Positions 22,457 to 38,334 are shown, counted from the stretch's first letter. The stretch is DNA of 64,000 nt from Escherichia coli (GCF_013315695.1 NZ_CP054353.1), one strand, 5' to 3'. Notes: generated by a model not told the origin, from the letters alone. Program-made: numbers and translations.

Positions 22457-23347
22457 CTAAACCGGACGAACAGGGATAAATATTTCGCAAACAACATCAT
22501 TGCTATCCTTTTCTACGAAATCTTCATTGTAATAAAATCGCTCAATATCACTGCCGTTCACTCTGGCTAACCCCCTGGCAGGTAATTCCATCAGATAGAG
22601 GTTTCGCGCCCATTCAGGGTAGTGCTCCCACTCACCTTCATAGCGGAAAGAGGCATACAGTCCTCGGTTAATTATCCACTCTTTTGGCATCTCTGAATCG
22701 GTTTGTTTACATACCGTACCGGCAAAAGTTTCAACTGTGAGCAAATCGACTGATTTTGTTGAGGGTTCGAACGTGGAGACGAAATAGATATCCGTCTTAA
22801 AATTCTTCATACATCTGGCTAAATGATGACGTCGCAGTTTGACTTCTTCATCCGGTGATTTATTCGACACTTCAATATCATATTTAAATGAATTGCCAAA
22901 AATAGGTGTCTCAGGAAAGTTGACTAATCTACACTCCGTCTTTTGCTGTTGACGTATTAAAAAAGAAGGGAAGATATTTGCGAGATCCCAATAATCACGG
23001 TGGCGGTATTCACGGGGAGAGCAGCCGAATAACTTTTTAAATTCGCGGCTGAATGATTGCTGTGAATCAAAATGCAAAGAGAGTGCAATATCAAGCATAG
23101 ATTTCGCGGAGAGCCGGACAAGAATGGCGGCACGACAAAGCCTTCGTTTGCGAATGTATTCTCCCAAAGGCACATGCATGAAATTTCGGAACAGAAGCTG
23201 GATGTTGCGTCTGCTGTAGCCAGATTTCTGTGCGATATCTTCGATTGAAATAGGGTGCTCAAGATTACACTCAATCCACTCCAGGAGCTGCTGTAGAATC
23301 TTCTGCCTGATCATCACATACTCCGTTAATTCTTTGTCATATCGCAC
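22457..23347 (-). CDS. ykgA: AraC-family regulator with C-terminal effector domain (ykgA-like)
   Basis: 296-aa ORF with an N-terminal AraC HTH; symbol assigned from recalled K-12 synteny next to eaeH. Confidence 0.7.
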   Translation of the reverse strand: MRYDKELTEYVMIRQKILQQLLEWIECNLEHPISIEDIAQKSGYSRRNIQLLFRNFMHVPLGEYIRKRRLCRAAILVRLSAKSMLDIALSLHFDSQQSFSREFKKLFGCSPREYRHRDYWDLANIFPSFLIRQQQKTECRLVNFPETPIFGNSFKYDIEVSNKSPDEEVKLRRHHLARCMKNFKTDIYFVSTFEPSTKSVDLLTVETFAGTVCKQTDSEMPKEWIINRGLYASFRYEGEWEHYPEWARNLYLMELPARGLARVNGSDIERFYYNEDFVEKDSNDVVCEIFIPVRPV

Positions 23348-23546
23348 ATTTTCGTTATGTCCTGGGCCCTAAGTGTATCAAAAACAGCAAGTCCCAAGGC
23401 AAAAGCACTGATAGCGTCTGCTTCATTGCCCCAAAAATAGAGAGGTTTCAGTCCTACATTATTAATGAATTTTTTGCATAAGTGATATCAAAATCCACAT
23501 ACTAATTTGAGGTTACGTTTTAACGTAGACTCATTGTTCATACCTA

Positions 23547-24431
23547 ATGGAGGGACTGACAGTGGAATTTTCCGTATTAAGTAACAATCTGAAAATGCCG
23601 ATGATGGGATTTGGTGTTTTTCAGGTTACCGATAAAGACGTGTGCAAACAGTCAGTGTTGAATGCTATCCGCACGGGTTATCGACTCATCGACACTGCAG
23701 CGGTATACGGTAATGAAGATGCCGTCGGTGAAGCCGTTCGTGAAGCTATATCTGAAGGTTTATGTACCCGAGATGAGTTATTTATAACGTCTAAATTGTG
23801 GGTGCAGGATATGTTGAATCAGGATACGGCAAAAGCAGGTATTGAAGCGTCATTAAAAAAATCGGGACTAGAATACTTCGACCTCTATTTATTGCACCAG
23901 GCCATGCGCGATTATTTTAGTGCGTGGCGTGCACTCGAAGATGCCTATGAAGAGGGCAAATTAAAAGCGATTGGGGTTTCCAATTTCTACCCTCATGTTC
24001 TGGCGAACTTTTGTGAAACGGTAAGAGTTAAACCGATGGTCAACCAGGTCGAGTTGCATCCCTATTTTGCCCAACCAGAGGCGCTGGCAACCATGAAGTA
24101 TTATAACGTGCAGCCTGAAGCATGGGCTCCGTTAGGTGGTGGACGACATAAACCCTTTGAAAATAATCTGCTTCAGAGTATTGCAGATGCCCATCAAAAA
24201 TCGATTTCTCAAGTCATTCTGCGTTGGAATATTCAACGGGGAGTGGTCGTTATTCCGAAATCGACACATCAACAGCGTATCGAAGAAAATTTTGCTATCT
24301 GGGATTTCTCACTGACAGAGAAAGAAATGGCGCAAATTAGTTCGCTAGATTTGGGTTATGTTGGCGAATCGGTAAAACATTTTAATCCTGAGTTTGTTCG
24401 TGGTTGTCTTGCTGTAAAAACACATGGTTGA
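23547..24431 (+). CDS. Aldo-keto reductase
   Basis: 294 aa, a paralog of the AKR at 16666-17517 (MPMMGFGVFQVTD... vs [13 protein letters not shown]...); start may be GTG 23562. Confidence 0.85.
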   Translation: MEGLTVEFSVLSNNLKMPMMGFGVFQVTDKDVCKQSVLNAIRTGYRLIDTAAVYGNEDAVGEAVREAISEGLCTRDELFITSKLWVQDMLNQDTAKAGIEASLKKSGLEYFDLYLLHQAMRDYFSAWRALEDAYEEGKLKAIGVSNFYPHVLANFCETVRVKPMVNQVELHPYFAQPEALATMKYYNVQPEAWAPLGGGRHKPFENNLLQSIADAHQKSISQVILRWNIQRGVVVIPKSTHQQRIEENFAIWDFSLTEKEMAQISSLDLGYVGESVKHFNPEFVRGCLAVKTHG

Positions 24432-24592
24432 TATTAATCACTTATTTTACCTGAGATGACATAAATGTTTTAATAAGGGAGTTATATTGAACCTTACATT
24501 GTCCTGTTTCAGGTAATATGGCGTCAGGCTTCACCCATTAGCAAGGAAAGCCTGACGCCTGAAAAAGTGAACAACAGACAGTGTTCGGATTA

Positions 24593-25186
24593 TCAATATT
24601 CAGTTTTTAACGTTGAACTGGATTCATTACTGCGTTGTTTAAGAATGTCCCGCGCCGAATCTGCCATTATCATGACAGCTCCTGCCAGCATCAGAGTATC
24701 TTTCAATACCAGACGACCAGCACCGGATAAATAAGGGAAACCATGATGAGCATCACCCAATGCGGGTACCCATGCTTCCGGAGTGGTGATTAAAAATGAG
24801 AGTGTTACCAGCGGCGTGGTAAATGCCATCAGCCCACCCAATAAACCTAACCAGCGATTGACAGGATTAGCCAAAACCAGCAGAGCAATAATCACCTCCA
24901 CGACGCCAAGACCGTTGGAAAAACCATAGGTATTATTAGCCGTTTGCCATGCTCTTGCTTCTGGTTTGTATTCGCCTTCGTGAGTCAGATACTGTTTATA
25001 GTCTTCCGGGTGTTCATAAAAGAACGACATTAGTGGACTGTTTGCGACGAATGGTGTAATGCTGTCTGCCTCGTAAGGGACAAACTTTAATAACCCAATC
25101 CACATAAAAACAATCGCAATACTCAGACGAATCAATGTCAGGCCAATTTTATCTCCCCGACTTAACAGGTGCAGGTATTTCTCCAT
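24593..25186 (-). CDS. rclC: Reactive chlorine resistance inner-membrane protein RclC (YkgB)
   Basis: Multi-TM protein; start set at the internal Met (MEKYLHLL...) giving the recalled 197 aa. Confidence 0.85.
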   Translation of the reverse strand: MEKYLHLLSRGDKIGLTLIRLSIAIVFMWIGLLKFVPYEADSITPFVANSPLMSFFYEHPEDYKQYLTHEGEYKPEARAWQTANNTYGFSNGLGVVEVIIALLVLANPVNRWLGLLGGLMAFTTPLVTLSFLITTPEAWVPALGDAHHGFPYLSGAGRLVLKDTLMLAGAVMIMADSARDILKQRSNESSSTLKTEY

Positions 25187-25197
25187 TGTAAACATCC

Positions 25198-25434
25198 TTA
25201 TTTATACAATACTGCTGTTGCGGTTGAATTATTATCAATTCGCATCGATGTGACTTTCCAGGATGAAGCATTATATTTTCTGGCCATATCAGCAATGGCA
25301 TCCTCCAGAACTGTCGGTGATGCTGATACTGACGAGACGCTGATATGTTTCAGAATTATTTTATCATCTGCATTGGTGGAAAATGCCATAACGCCAGATA
25401 ATAGTGTTGCAAATAAAACAGGTTTTTTAAACAT
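25198..25434 (-). CDS. rclB: Periplasmic protein RclB (YkgI)
   Basis: Small signal-peptide protein between rclC and rclA; start uncertain (ORF extends to 25449). Confidence 0.8.
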   Translation of the reverse strand: MFKKPVLFATLLSGVMAFSTNADDKIILKHISVSSVSASPTVLEDAIADMARKYNASSWKVTSMRIDNNSTATAVLYK

Positions 25435-25542
25435 ATAAAATACCATCAATGAAGTGATTAAGAAGTTATATAATAACAGGGAATTAATAAGATTATTTTC
25501 TCTGAGACGCCAGAATATTTGTTCTGGCGTCTGATTTTGAGT

Positions 25543-26868
25543 TTATTTGACTAATGAAAATAGATCATTGAGTGATTCGCTCATCGACGGATGAGTAAAT
25601 ATCTGATCGCGTAATATGCTATAAGGCAGCCCGGCATCCATCACCATTTTCACTATATTGATCATCTCGTGGGAGTCAACACACAGCAGTGATGCCCCTA
25701 ATATACGTTGGGTTTTATTATCAACAATCGCTTTTAATACCCCACGGGTATCGTTCATCACTCTGGCGCGCGGAATTGCAGCTACAGGCAATGTCACCAC
25801 CTGAATATCAGCACCACTCTCTCTGGCTTGTTCTTCTGTCATACCAACCCTGGACAGTGGCGGTGTCATAAATACGGAATAAGGCACATTTTTCCGATCA
25901 TCAGTACTACGTTTGCCTTCACCCAGTAACTCATCACGTACAATGCGGTAATCATCTAGTGATATGTAAGTAAATTGCAGCCCGCCGGTAACATCTCCCA
26001 TCGCCCAAATATTGTCTGCGGTGGTATGTAATCGCTTGTCAACGACAATTGCCCCGCGCTCGTTTACTGCGATACCGGCATTTTCTGGATGTAAAGAAGC
26101 GGTAGCCGGTTGACGACCGGAAGCTATTAACAGTGCATCCACCGCCAGTTGGGCGTGCTCGCTATGCACTTGCACTTGATTTTCATGGTGACTGATTCGC
26201 TCCACATGGGCATTGAGGATAATATCGACGCCCTGATCGCGTAAAATCGTCGCGATGTTATCAGCAATATCCCGATCTTCCCGAGGCAAAAACAGCGAAG
26301 CTGCTTCTAAAATGGTTACCTTGCTGCCAAAATTAGCGAACATAGAGGCGAACTCAACGCCAATATATCCGCCGCCCAAAATACCTAAATGCCCAGGCAA
26401 TTCTTTTAGATGAAGTAATCCGGTGCTGTCATATACACCAGGCGTGGTGGTAATTCCAGGAATTGGCGGAACCACGGTTTGTGCACCGGTATTAATAAAA
26501 ATTTTCTCGCCATGAATTTCCAGATTTCCCTCAGGCCGATGAACACGCAGGCTATGATTATTGATAAACTCCGCCTGGCCGTCGATCACGTCGATATTGG
26601 GCATATCCGCAAGATTATGAAAATTCTTATTACGTAAAAAATTAACCACTTCATTTTTACGCTGTATGGCACGGACAAAATCTGTGTGCTGCTGTGCGTC
26701 ATGAACCAATGTTTTGGTTGGGATACAGCCGATATTAATACAGGTCCCGCCATACATTGCATTTGATTGTTCGATGAGAGCCACACGCCAACCTGCTTTT
26801 GCCAGCGTGACGGCTAATGTTTTTCCAGCCTTGCCAAAACCAATAATAACTGCCTGATATTTATTCAT
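25543..26868 (-). CDS. rclA: Pyridine nucleotide-disulfide oxidoreductase RclA (YkgC)
   Basis: FAD-binding GFGKAG motif and redox-active CINIGC motif; start at MNKYQAVIIG gives 441 aa. Confidence 0.9.
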   Translation of the reverse strand: MNKYQAVIIGFGKAGKTLAVTLAKAGWRVALIEQSNAMYGGTCINIGCIPTKTLVHDAQQHTDFVRAIQRKNEVVNFLRNKNFHNLADMPNIDVIDGQAEFINNHSLRVHRPEGNLEIHGEKIFINTGAQTVVPPIPGITTTPGVYDSTGLLHLKELPGHLGILGGGYIGVEFASMFANFGSKVTILEAASLFLPREDRDIADNIATILRDQGVDIILNAHVERISHHENQVQVHSEHAQLAVDALLIASGRQPATASLHPENAGIAVNERGAIVVDKRLHTTADNIWAMGDVTGGLQFTYISLDDYRIVRDELLGEGKRSTDDRKNVPYSVFMTPPLSRVGMTEEQARESGADIQVVTLPVAAIPRARVMNDTRGVLKAIVDNKTQRILGASLLCVDSHEMINIVKMVMDAGLPYSILRDQIFTHPSMSESLNDLFSLVK

Positions 26869-27094
26869 GATGATTTCCTGTCGAAACGCGTTCATTTGAC
26901 ATCATGACTATAGACGCAAAAGAGCAAATAACATTTCTTCACAACGCTTGATATTTTGTCTTATCGTCTGGTATTTTCTTTTTCTTAATCAGAATCACAA
27001 AACAAAAATCATGATTAACTATTTGATGGTATTAGATTAATTATTGACTAAGATTGTTGGTGTTTGTAATCAAAAAACCACTCAGGAGTCTGAT

Positions 27095-27949
27095 ATGGAT
27101 GCTCTTAGCCGTTTGTTGATGCTTAACGCTCCACAAGGAACGATCGATAAGAATTGCGTGTTAGGAAGTGACTGGCAACTTCCACATGGTGCCGGGGAAT
27201 TGTCGGTTATTCGTTGGCATGCGTTAACGCAAGGAGCGGCGAAGCTGGAAATGCCGACGGGAGAGATTTTTACATTACGCCCGGGAAATGTGGTCCTGCT
27301 ACCACAAAATTCAGCTCATCGCCTGAGTCATGTCGATAATGAATCGACCTGTATTGTCTGTGGCACTCTTCGGCTGCAACATTCGGCGCGTTATTTTTTA
27401 ACGTCTTTGCCGGAAACGCTGTTTGTAGCGCCAGTGAACCATAGCGTGGAATATAACTGGCTGAGGGAGGCGATCCCGTTTTTACAACAGGAATCCAGAT
27501 CGGCAATGCCGGGAGTGGATGCTCTGTGTAGCCAGATCTGCGCTACATTCTTTACCCTCGCGGTGCGTGAGTGGATTGCACAGGTTAATACAGAGAAAAA
27601 CATTCTCAGTTTGCTTCTGCATCCACGTCTTGGTGCGGTAATACAGCAAATGCTGGAAATGCCAGGACACGCCTGGACCGTCGAATCGCTGGCCAGCATC
27701 GCCCACATGTCCCGGGCAAGTTTTGCCCAGCTTTTCCGTGATGTTTCCGGAACCACGCCGCTGGCTGTATTAACAAAGTTGCGTCTACAAATAGCGGCCC
27801 AGATGTTTTCCCGGGAAATGCTCCCTGTTGTGGTGATCGCTGAGTCAGTAGGCTATGCCAGTGAATCATCTTTTCACAAGGCGTTTGTCCGCGAGTTTGG
27901 TTGTACTCCGGGAGAATATCGGGAAAGGGTGAGACAGCTTTCACCCTGA
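27095..27949 (+). CDS. rclR: AraC-family regulator RclR (YkgD)
   Basis: Divergent from rclABC; start at MDALSRLL gives 284 aa with a C-terminal AraC HTH. Confidence 0.9.
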   Translation: MDALSRLLMLNAPQGTIDKNCVLGSDWQLPHGAGELSVIRWHALTQGAAKLEMPTGEIFTLRPGNVVLLPQNSAHRLSHVDNESTCIVCGTLRLQHSARYFLTSLPETLFVAPVNHSVEYNWLREAIPFLQQESRSAMPGVDALCSQICATFFTLAVREWIAQVNTEKNILSLLLHPRLGAVIQQMLEMPGHAWTVESLASIAHMSRASFAQLFRDVSGTTPLAVLTKLRLQIAAQMFSREMLPVVVIAESVGYASESSFHKAFVREFGCTPGEYRERVRQLSP

Positions 27950-28476
27950 ATAAAACCGCCAGAAATCAGGACAAAGATAATCCGCATTCCGGGAGTTGTG
28001 AGCCTTTCAACTATTTCTATTTCCAACGGTGGTTTTGGGTTTTATATATTTTTTTTGATGGACTCTAGCTCAGTTTTTAAATAAAAATGCAAACTAAATT
28101 TCTTCAATTAAATAAAATCCCGACTATTACTTGATACGTGATTATTGTCGGTGATTTTTTTTGTGCACCATCAGTGTATATCTCAATAACCCCTGAATAA
28201 GTAGCTCTGAATAGGTATAAGGGGTGTAGCCTTTTTAAATGGATTTCTTATGCCAAAAATGATCGTCGATTTCCCTATAAAATGTGAGCGATGCCGAAAG
28301 AAATAAAATTAGTTATTGCATTTGAAGTTTAGATGAAAGATTATCATTTGTCATACAAATGAGGGGTGGTATGTTGCTAGCCAATTAAAAAAGAACGCCA
28401 TATTTATTGATGATTGATCCCCCGGAAGGGGGGAACCATCGGGCATAAATGGGCATGAAGTAATGGAGTATTAGTT

Positions 28477-29196
28477 GTGAATGTCAATTTCTTTGTCACC
28501 TGTATTGGTGACGCCCTGAAATCAAGAATGGCACGAGACTCCGTGCTGCTACTGGAAAAACTCGGCTGTCGCGTAAATTTCCCGGAGAAACAGGGATGCT
28601 GCGGTCAGCCTGCGATCAATAGTGGTTATATCAAAGAAGCGATTCCAGGGATGAAAAATCTGATCGCCGCACTGGAGGATAACGACGATCCCATTATTTC
28701 ACCGGCTGGCTCTTGCACCTATGCCGTAAAAAGTTACCCGACGTATCTGGCGGATGAACCTGAATGGGCATCACGTGCCGAAAAGGTTGCCGCGCGTATG
28801 CAGGATCTCACCTCTTTTATTGTTAATACATTAGGGGTAGTCGATGTAGGTGCCAGTTTGCAAGGGAGAGCGGTGTATCACCCATCTTGTAGCCTGGCCC
28901 GTAAGCTGGGGGTGAAGGACGAACCACTTACGCTGCTGAAAAATGTGCGTGGACTAGAGTTGTTGACCTTTGCTGAACAGGATACCTGCTGCGGATTTGG
29001 CGGCACGTTCTCGGTCAAAATGGCCGAAATATCCGGCGAGATGGTGAAAGAAAAGGTTGCGCACCTGATGGAAGTCCGCCCTGAGTATTTAATAGGTGCT
29101 GACGTGAGTTGCCTGCTGAACATCAGTGGGCGATTACAACGGGAAGGGCAGAAAGTCAAAGTGATGCATATTGCTGAAGTGTTGATGAGCCGCTGA
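28477..29196 (+). CDS. ykgE: Cysteine-rich LutA/LldE-like protein YkgE
   Basis: 239 aa with CCG-type cysteine motifs; first gene of ykgEFG. Confidence 0.9.
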   Translation: MNVNFFVTCIGDALKSRMARDSVLLLEKLGCRVNFPEKQGCCGQPAINSGYIKEAIPGMKNLIAALEDNDDPIISPAGSCTYAVKSYPTYLADEPEWASRAEKVAARMQDLTSFIVNTLGVVDVGASLQGRAVYHPSCSLARKLGVKDEPLTLLKNVRGLELLTFAEQDTCCGFGGTFSVKMAEISGEMVKEKVAHLMEVRPEYLIGADVSCLLNISGRLQREGQKVKVMHIAEVLMSR

Positions 29197-29206
29197 GGAT
29201 ATAAAG

Positions 29207-30634
29207 ATGTCGATCAAAACCAGTAATACAGATTTTAAGACACGCATCCGTCAGCAAATTGAAGATCCGATCATGCGCAAAGCGGTGGCAAACGCGCAGC
29301 AGCGTATCGGGGCAAATCGGCAAAAAATGGTCGATGAATTGGGGCACTGGGAGGAGTGGCGCGATCGGGCCGCCCAGATACGTGATCATGTTCTGAGTAA
29401 TCTCGACGCTTATCTGTACCAGCTCTCAGAAAAAGTGACGCAAAACGGCGGTCACGTCTATTTTGCAAAAACCAAAGAAGACGCTACCCGCTACATTTTA
29501 CAGGTTGCCCAACGCAAAAATGCCCGGAAGGTGGTGAAATCTAAATCGATGGTGACCGAAGAGATTGGTGTCAATCATGTGTTGCAGGATGCTGGCATTC
29601 AGGTGATTGAAACCGATCTGGGTGAATACATTCTCCAGCTGGATCAAGATCCGCCCTCTCATGTTGTGGTCCCGGCAATTCATAAAGATCGCCATCAGAT
29701 CCGTCGGGTGCTACACGAACGTCTGGGCTATGGGGGGTCGGAAACGCCTGAAGCAATGACCTTATTCATCCGGCAAAAAATCCGCGAAGATTTCCTCAGT
29801 GCTGAAATAGGTATTACCGGCTGTAATTTCGCGGTGGCAGAGACCGGTTCGGTATGCCTGGTGACCAATGAAGGTAATGCGCGAATGTGTACCACGCTGC
29901 CTAAAACGCATATTGCAGTGATGGGAATGGAGCGTATTGCCCCCACGTTTGCCGAGGTAGATGTATTGATCACCATGCTGGCGCGCAGTGCCGTTGGTGC
30001 ACGTTTGACGGGATACAACACCTGGCTGACAGGACCGCGCGAAGCGGGGCACGTTGATGGTCCTGAAGAGTTTCATCTGGTTATTGTCGATAACGGGCGT
30101 TCTGAGGTGCTGGCCTCTGAATTTCGGGATGTGCTGCGCTGTATTCGCTGCGGGGCTTGTATGAATACTTGTCCGGCATATCGCCATATTGGCGGTCATG
30201 GATATGGCTCTATTTATCCAGGGCCAATTGGTGCGGTGATTTCCCCGTTACTTGGCGGCTATAAAGATTTTAAAGATTTACCCTACGCCTGCTCTTTATG
30301 CACTGCTTGTGACAGCGTGTGTCCGGTGCGTATTCCGCTGTCAAAACTGATTTTGCGTCATCGTCGGGTGATGGCTGAAAAAGGGATCACCGCAAAAGCA
30401 GAGCAACGGGCGATAAAAATGTTTGCTTATGCCAATAGTCATCCAGGATTGTGGAAAGTTGGGATGATGGCCGGCGCTCATGCGGCAAGCTGGTTTATCA
30501 ATGGCGGCAAAACACCACTCAAATTTGGCGCGATTAGCGACTGGATGGAAGCACGCGATCTTCCTGAAGCTGACGGAGAGAGTTTCCGTAGTTGGTTTAA
30601 GAAACATCAGGCGCAGGAGAAAAAGAATGGATAA
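29207..30634 (+). CDS. ykgF: Iron-sulfur LutB-like protein YkgF
   Basis: 475 aa with ferredoxin-type cysteine clusters (CIRCGACMNTCP, CSLCTACDSVCP). Confidence 0.9.
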   Translation: MSIKTSNTDFKTRIRQQIEDPIMRKAVANAQQRIGANRQKMVDELGHWEEWRDRAAQIRDHVLSNLDAYLYQLSEKVTQNGGHVYFAKTKEDATRYILQVAQRKNARKVVKSKSMVTEEIGVNHVLQDAGIQVIETDLGEYILQLDQDPPSHVVVPAIHKDRHQIRRVLHERLGYGGSETPEAMTLFIRQKIREDFLSAEIGITGCNFAVAETGSVCLVTNEGNARMCTTLPKTHIAVMGMERIAPTFAEVDVLITMLARSAVGARLTGYNTWLTGPREAGHVDGPEEFHLVIVDNGRSEVLASEFRDVLRCIRCGACMNTCPAYRHIGGHGYGSIYPGPIGAVISPLLGGYKDFKDLPYACSLCTACDSVCPVRIPLSKLILRHRRVMAEKGITAKAEQRAIKMFAYANSHPGLWKVGMMAGAHAASWFINGGKTPLKFGAISDWMEARDLPEADGESFRSWFKKHQAQEKKNG

Positions 30635-31322
30635 TCGGAGCGAATTTTTGAATAACGTTGCTCAGGCACTGGGTCGCCCGTTGCGACTTGAACCGCAAGC
30701 AGAAGATGCGCCGCTTAACAACTATGCTAACGAGCGGCTTACCGCACTTAACCAACAGCAGCGCTGTGACGCGTTTATTCAGTTTGCCAGCGATGTTATG
30801 TTGACGCGCTGTGAACTGACCAGCGAGGCGAAGGCGGCAGAAGCTGCAATACGTCTGTGTAAAGAGCTGGGAGATCAGTCGGTCGTGATTAGTGGTGACA
30901 CGAGGCTGGAGGAATTGGGGATTAGCGAACGTTTGCAGCAGGAATGCAATGCCGTTGTTTGGGAGCCGGCGAAAGGTATTGAGAACATATCACAAGCAGA
31001 GCAGGCTAAAGTGGGCGTCGTATATGCTGAATATGGTTTAACCGAATCGGGAGGCGTGGTTCTTTTTTCCGCCGCCGGGCGCGGGCGTTCATTGAGCCTG
31101 CTCCCGGAATCTTCTCTTTTTATCCTGCGTAAAAGCACAATCCTGCCGCGTGTAGCGCAACTCGCAGAAAAATTGCATCAGAAAGCGCAGGCCGGTGAAC
31201 GAATGCCGTCATGTATTAACATCATCAGTGGTCCCAGTTCAACGGCGGACATTGAGCTTATCAAAGTCGTCGGGGTTCATGGTCCGGTGAAAGCGGTGTA
31301 TCTGATTATTGAGGATTGCTGA
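30627..31322 (+). CDS. ykgG: LutC-like protein YkgG
   Basis: Start ATG 30627 overlaps the ykgF stop by 8 bp; 231 aa. Confidence 0.85.
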   Translation: MDNRSEFLNNVAQALGRPLRLEPQAEDAPLNNYANERLTALNQQQRCDAFIQFASDVMLTRCELTSEAKAAEAAIRLCKELGDQSVVISGDTRLEELGISERLQQECNAVVWEPAKGIENISQAEQAKVGVVYAEYGLTESGGVVLFSAAGRGRSLSLLPESSLFILRKSTILPRVAQLAEKLHQKAQAGERMPSCINIISGPSSTADIELIKVVGVHGPVKAVYLIIEDC

Positions 31323-31428
31323 GAGAGATATGAAGTCTGGACATAAACCTGAAGTCGGCATACGAGGTTGTGAATAGCGTTAAGGACAACCTGACTTAAC
31401 CCTGTTCCGTCATGGTTATGCTGCTCTT

Positions 31429-31469
31429 CTGTAAATATCCTGACATTAATAATGCCAGGATATTTACAG
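31429..31469. terminator. Perfect 14-bp-stem hairpin downstream of ykgG
   Basis: CTGTAAATATCCTG-(13 nt)-CAGGATATTTACAG. Confidence 0.5.
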
Positions 31470-31549
31470 TGAAAAAGACAGGAATCCATTCCTGGGTGAT
31501 GCTGCCAACTTACTGATTTAGTGTATGATGGTGTTTTTGAGGTGCTCCA

Positions 31550-31825
31550 GTGGCTTCTGTTTCTATCAGCTGTCCCTCCTGTTCAGCTACTGACGGGGTG
31601 GTGCGTAACGGCAAAAGCACCGCCGGACATCAGCGCTATCTCTGCTCTCACTGCCGTAAAACATGGCAACTGCAGTTCACTTACACCGCTTCTCAACCCG
31701 GTACGCACCAGAAAATCATTGATATGGCCATGAATGGCGTTGGATGCCGGGCAACAGCCCGCATTATGGGCGTTGGCCTCAACACGATTTTACGTCACTT
31801 AAAAAACTCAGGCCGCAGTCGGTAA
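31550..31825 (+). CDS. insA: IS1 InsA
   Basis: Protein identical to copy 1 InsA. Confidence 0.9.
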
Positions 31826-32247
31826 CCTCGCGCATACAGCCGGGCAGTGACGTCATCGTCTGCGCGGAAATGGACGAACAGTGGGGCTATGTCGGGGCTA
31901 AATCGCGCCAGCGCTGGCTGTTTTACGCGTATGACAGGCTCCGGAAGACGGTTGTTGCGCACGTATTCGGTGAACGCACTATGGCGACGCTGGGGCGTCT
32001 TATGAGCCTGCTGTCACCCTTTGACGTGGTGATATGGATGACGGATGGCTGGCCGCTGTATGAATCCCGCCTGAAGGGAAAGCTGCACGTAATCAGCAAG
32101 CGATATACGCAGCGAATTGAGCGGCATAACCTGAATCTGAGGCAGCACCTGGCACGGCTGGGACGGAAGTCGCTGTCGTTCTCAAAATCGGTGGAGCTGC
32201 ATGACAAAGTCATCGGGCATTATCTGAACATAAAACACTATCAATAA
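31744..32247 (+). CDS. insB: IS1 InsB reading frame
   Basis: Protein identical to copy 1 InsB. Confidence 0.85.
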
Positions 32248-32262
32248 GTTGGAGTCATTACC

Positions 32263-32608
32263 GGTGTCCCGTAACGGAAAGAGTAACATTGGGTGCAATC
32301 AATACGTTATCACCGATCGTTACCGTGTAGTCGTCTACAATGGTTAAATTGAAATTTGCATAAAAATTGCGGCCTATATGGATGTTGGAACCGTAAGAGA
32401 AATAGACGGGTGGTTCTACCCAGGCGTTTTCCCCTACCGTGGCAAACATTTCTTTAATCAGGCTTTCTCTTTTTTCAACTTCTGATGGATGCGAGTGATT
32501 AAACTCATACATTAACGTTTTCCCACGAAGTCTTTTTTCCGGTAAGCCTTCGCACATATCGGTAAATAGCTTGCCTGCTTTTATTCTTTCGGTCATTGGC
32601 ATGTTCAT
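32263..32608 (-). pseudogene. lacA: lacA (galactoside O-acetyltransferase), 3'-truncated by IS1
   Basis: Starts MNMPMTERIKAGKLFTDMCEGLP and matches LacA through ...NVTLSVTGH, after which the frame runs into the IS1 right end; about 70 C-terminal codons are missing. Confidence 0.85.
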
Positions 32609-32673
32609 TGCGATCATTCCGTCCTGATATGTTGGTCGGATAAGGCGCTCGCGCCGCATCCGACATTGATTGC

Positions 32674-33972
<1,299 letters not shown>

Positions 33973-33978
33973 TTATTA

Positions 33979-37175
<3,197 letters not shown>

Positions 37176-38258
37176 TCACTGCCCGCTTTCCAGTCGGGAA
37201 ACTTGTCGTGCCAGCTGCATTAATGAATCGGCCAACGCGCGGGGAGAGGCGGTTTGCGTATTGGGCGCCAGGGTGGTTTTTCTTTTCACCAGTGAGACGG
37301 GCAACAGCTGATTGCCCTTCACCGCCTGGCCCTGAGAGAGTTGCAGCAAGCGGTCCACGCTGGTTTGCCCCAGCAGGCGAAAATCCTGTTTGATGGTGGT
37401 TAACGGCGGGATATAACACGAGCTGTCTTCGGTATCGTCGTATCCCACTACCGAGATATCCGCACCAACGCGCAGCCCGGACTCGGTAATGGCGCGCATT
37501 GCGCCCAGCGCCATCTGATCGTTGGCAACCAGCATCGCAGTAGGAACGATGTCCTCATTCAGCATTTGCATGGTTTGTTGAAAACCGGACATGGCACTCC
37601 AGTCGCCTTCCCGTTCCGCTATCGGCTGAATTTGATTGCGAGTGAGATATTTATGCCAGCCCGCCAGACGCAGACGTGCCGAGACAGAACTTAATGGACC
37701 CGCTAACAGCGCGATTTGCTGGTGACCCAATGCGACCAGATGCTCCACGCCCAGTCGCGTACCGTCTTCATGGGAGAAAATAATACTGTTGATGGGTGTC
37801 TGGTCAGAGACATCAAGAAATAAAGCCGGAACATTAGCGCAGGCAGCTTCCACAGCAATGGCATCCTGGTCATCCAGCGGATAGTTAATGATCAGCCCAC
37901 TGACGCGTTGCGCGAGGAGATTGTGTACCGCCGCTTTACAGGCTTCGACGCCGCTTCGTTCTACCATCGACACCACCACGCTGGCACCCAGTTGATCGGC
38001 GCGAGATTTAATCGCGGCGACAATTTGCGACGGCGCGTGCAGGGCCAGACTGGAAGTGGCAACGCCAATCAGCAACGACTGTTTGCCCGCCAGTTGTTGT
38101 GCCACGCGGTTGGGAATGTAATTCAGCTCCGCCATCGCCGCTTCCACTTTTTCCCGCGTTTTCGCAGAAACGTGGCTGGCCTGGTTCACCACGCGGGAAA
38201 CGGTCTGATAAGAGACACCGGCATACTCTGCGACATCGTATAGCGTTACTGGTTTCAC
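37176..38258 (-). CDS. lacI: Lactose repressor LacI
   Basis: GTG start at 38256-38258 (GTGAAACCAGTAACG...), 360 aa. Confidence 0.97.
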   Translation of the reverse strand: MKPVTLYDVAEYAGVSYQTVSRVVNQASHVSAKTREKVEAAMAELNYIPNRVAQQLAGKQSLLIGVATSSLALHAPSQIVAAIKSRADQLGASVVVSMVERSGVEACKAAVHNLLAQRVSGLIINYPLDDQDAIAVEAACANVPALFLDVSDQTPINSIIFSHEDGTRLGVEHLVALGHQQIALLAGPLSSVSARLRLAGWHKYLTRNQIQPIAEREGDWSAMSGFQQTMQMLNEDIVPTAMLVANDQMALGAMRAITESGLRVGADISVVGYDDTEDSSCYIPPLTTIKQDFRLLGQTSVDRLLQLSQGQAVKGNQLLPVSLVKRKTTLAPNTQTASPRALADSLMQLARQVSRLESGQ

Positions 38259-38334
38259 ATTCACCACCCTGAATTGACTCTCTTTCGGGTGCTATCATGC
38301 CATACCACGAAAGGTTTTGCGCCATTCGATGGTG

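Larger units (their letters stand above)
31495..32262 (+). mobile_element. IS1 insertion sequence, 768 bp (copy 2, same orientation as copy 1)
   Basis: Same termini as copy 1 with a few differences (e.g. AACATAAAAC vs AATATAAAAC near the right end); flanks differ, so no target-site duplication. Confidence 0.95.
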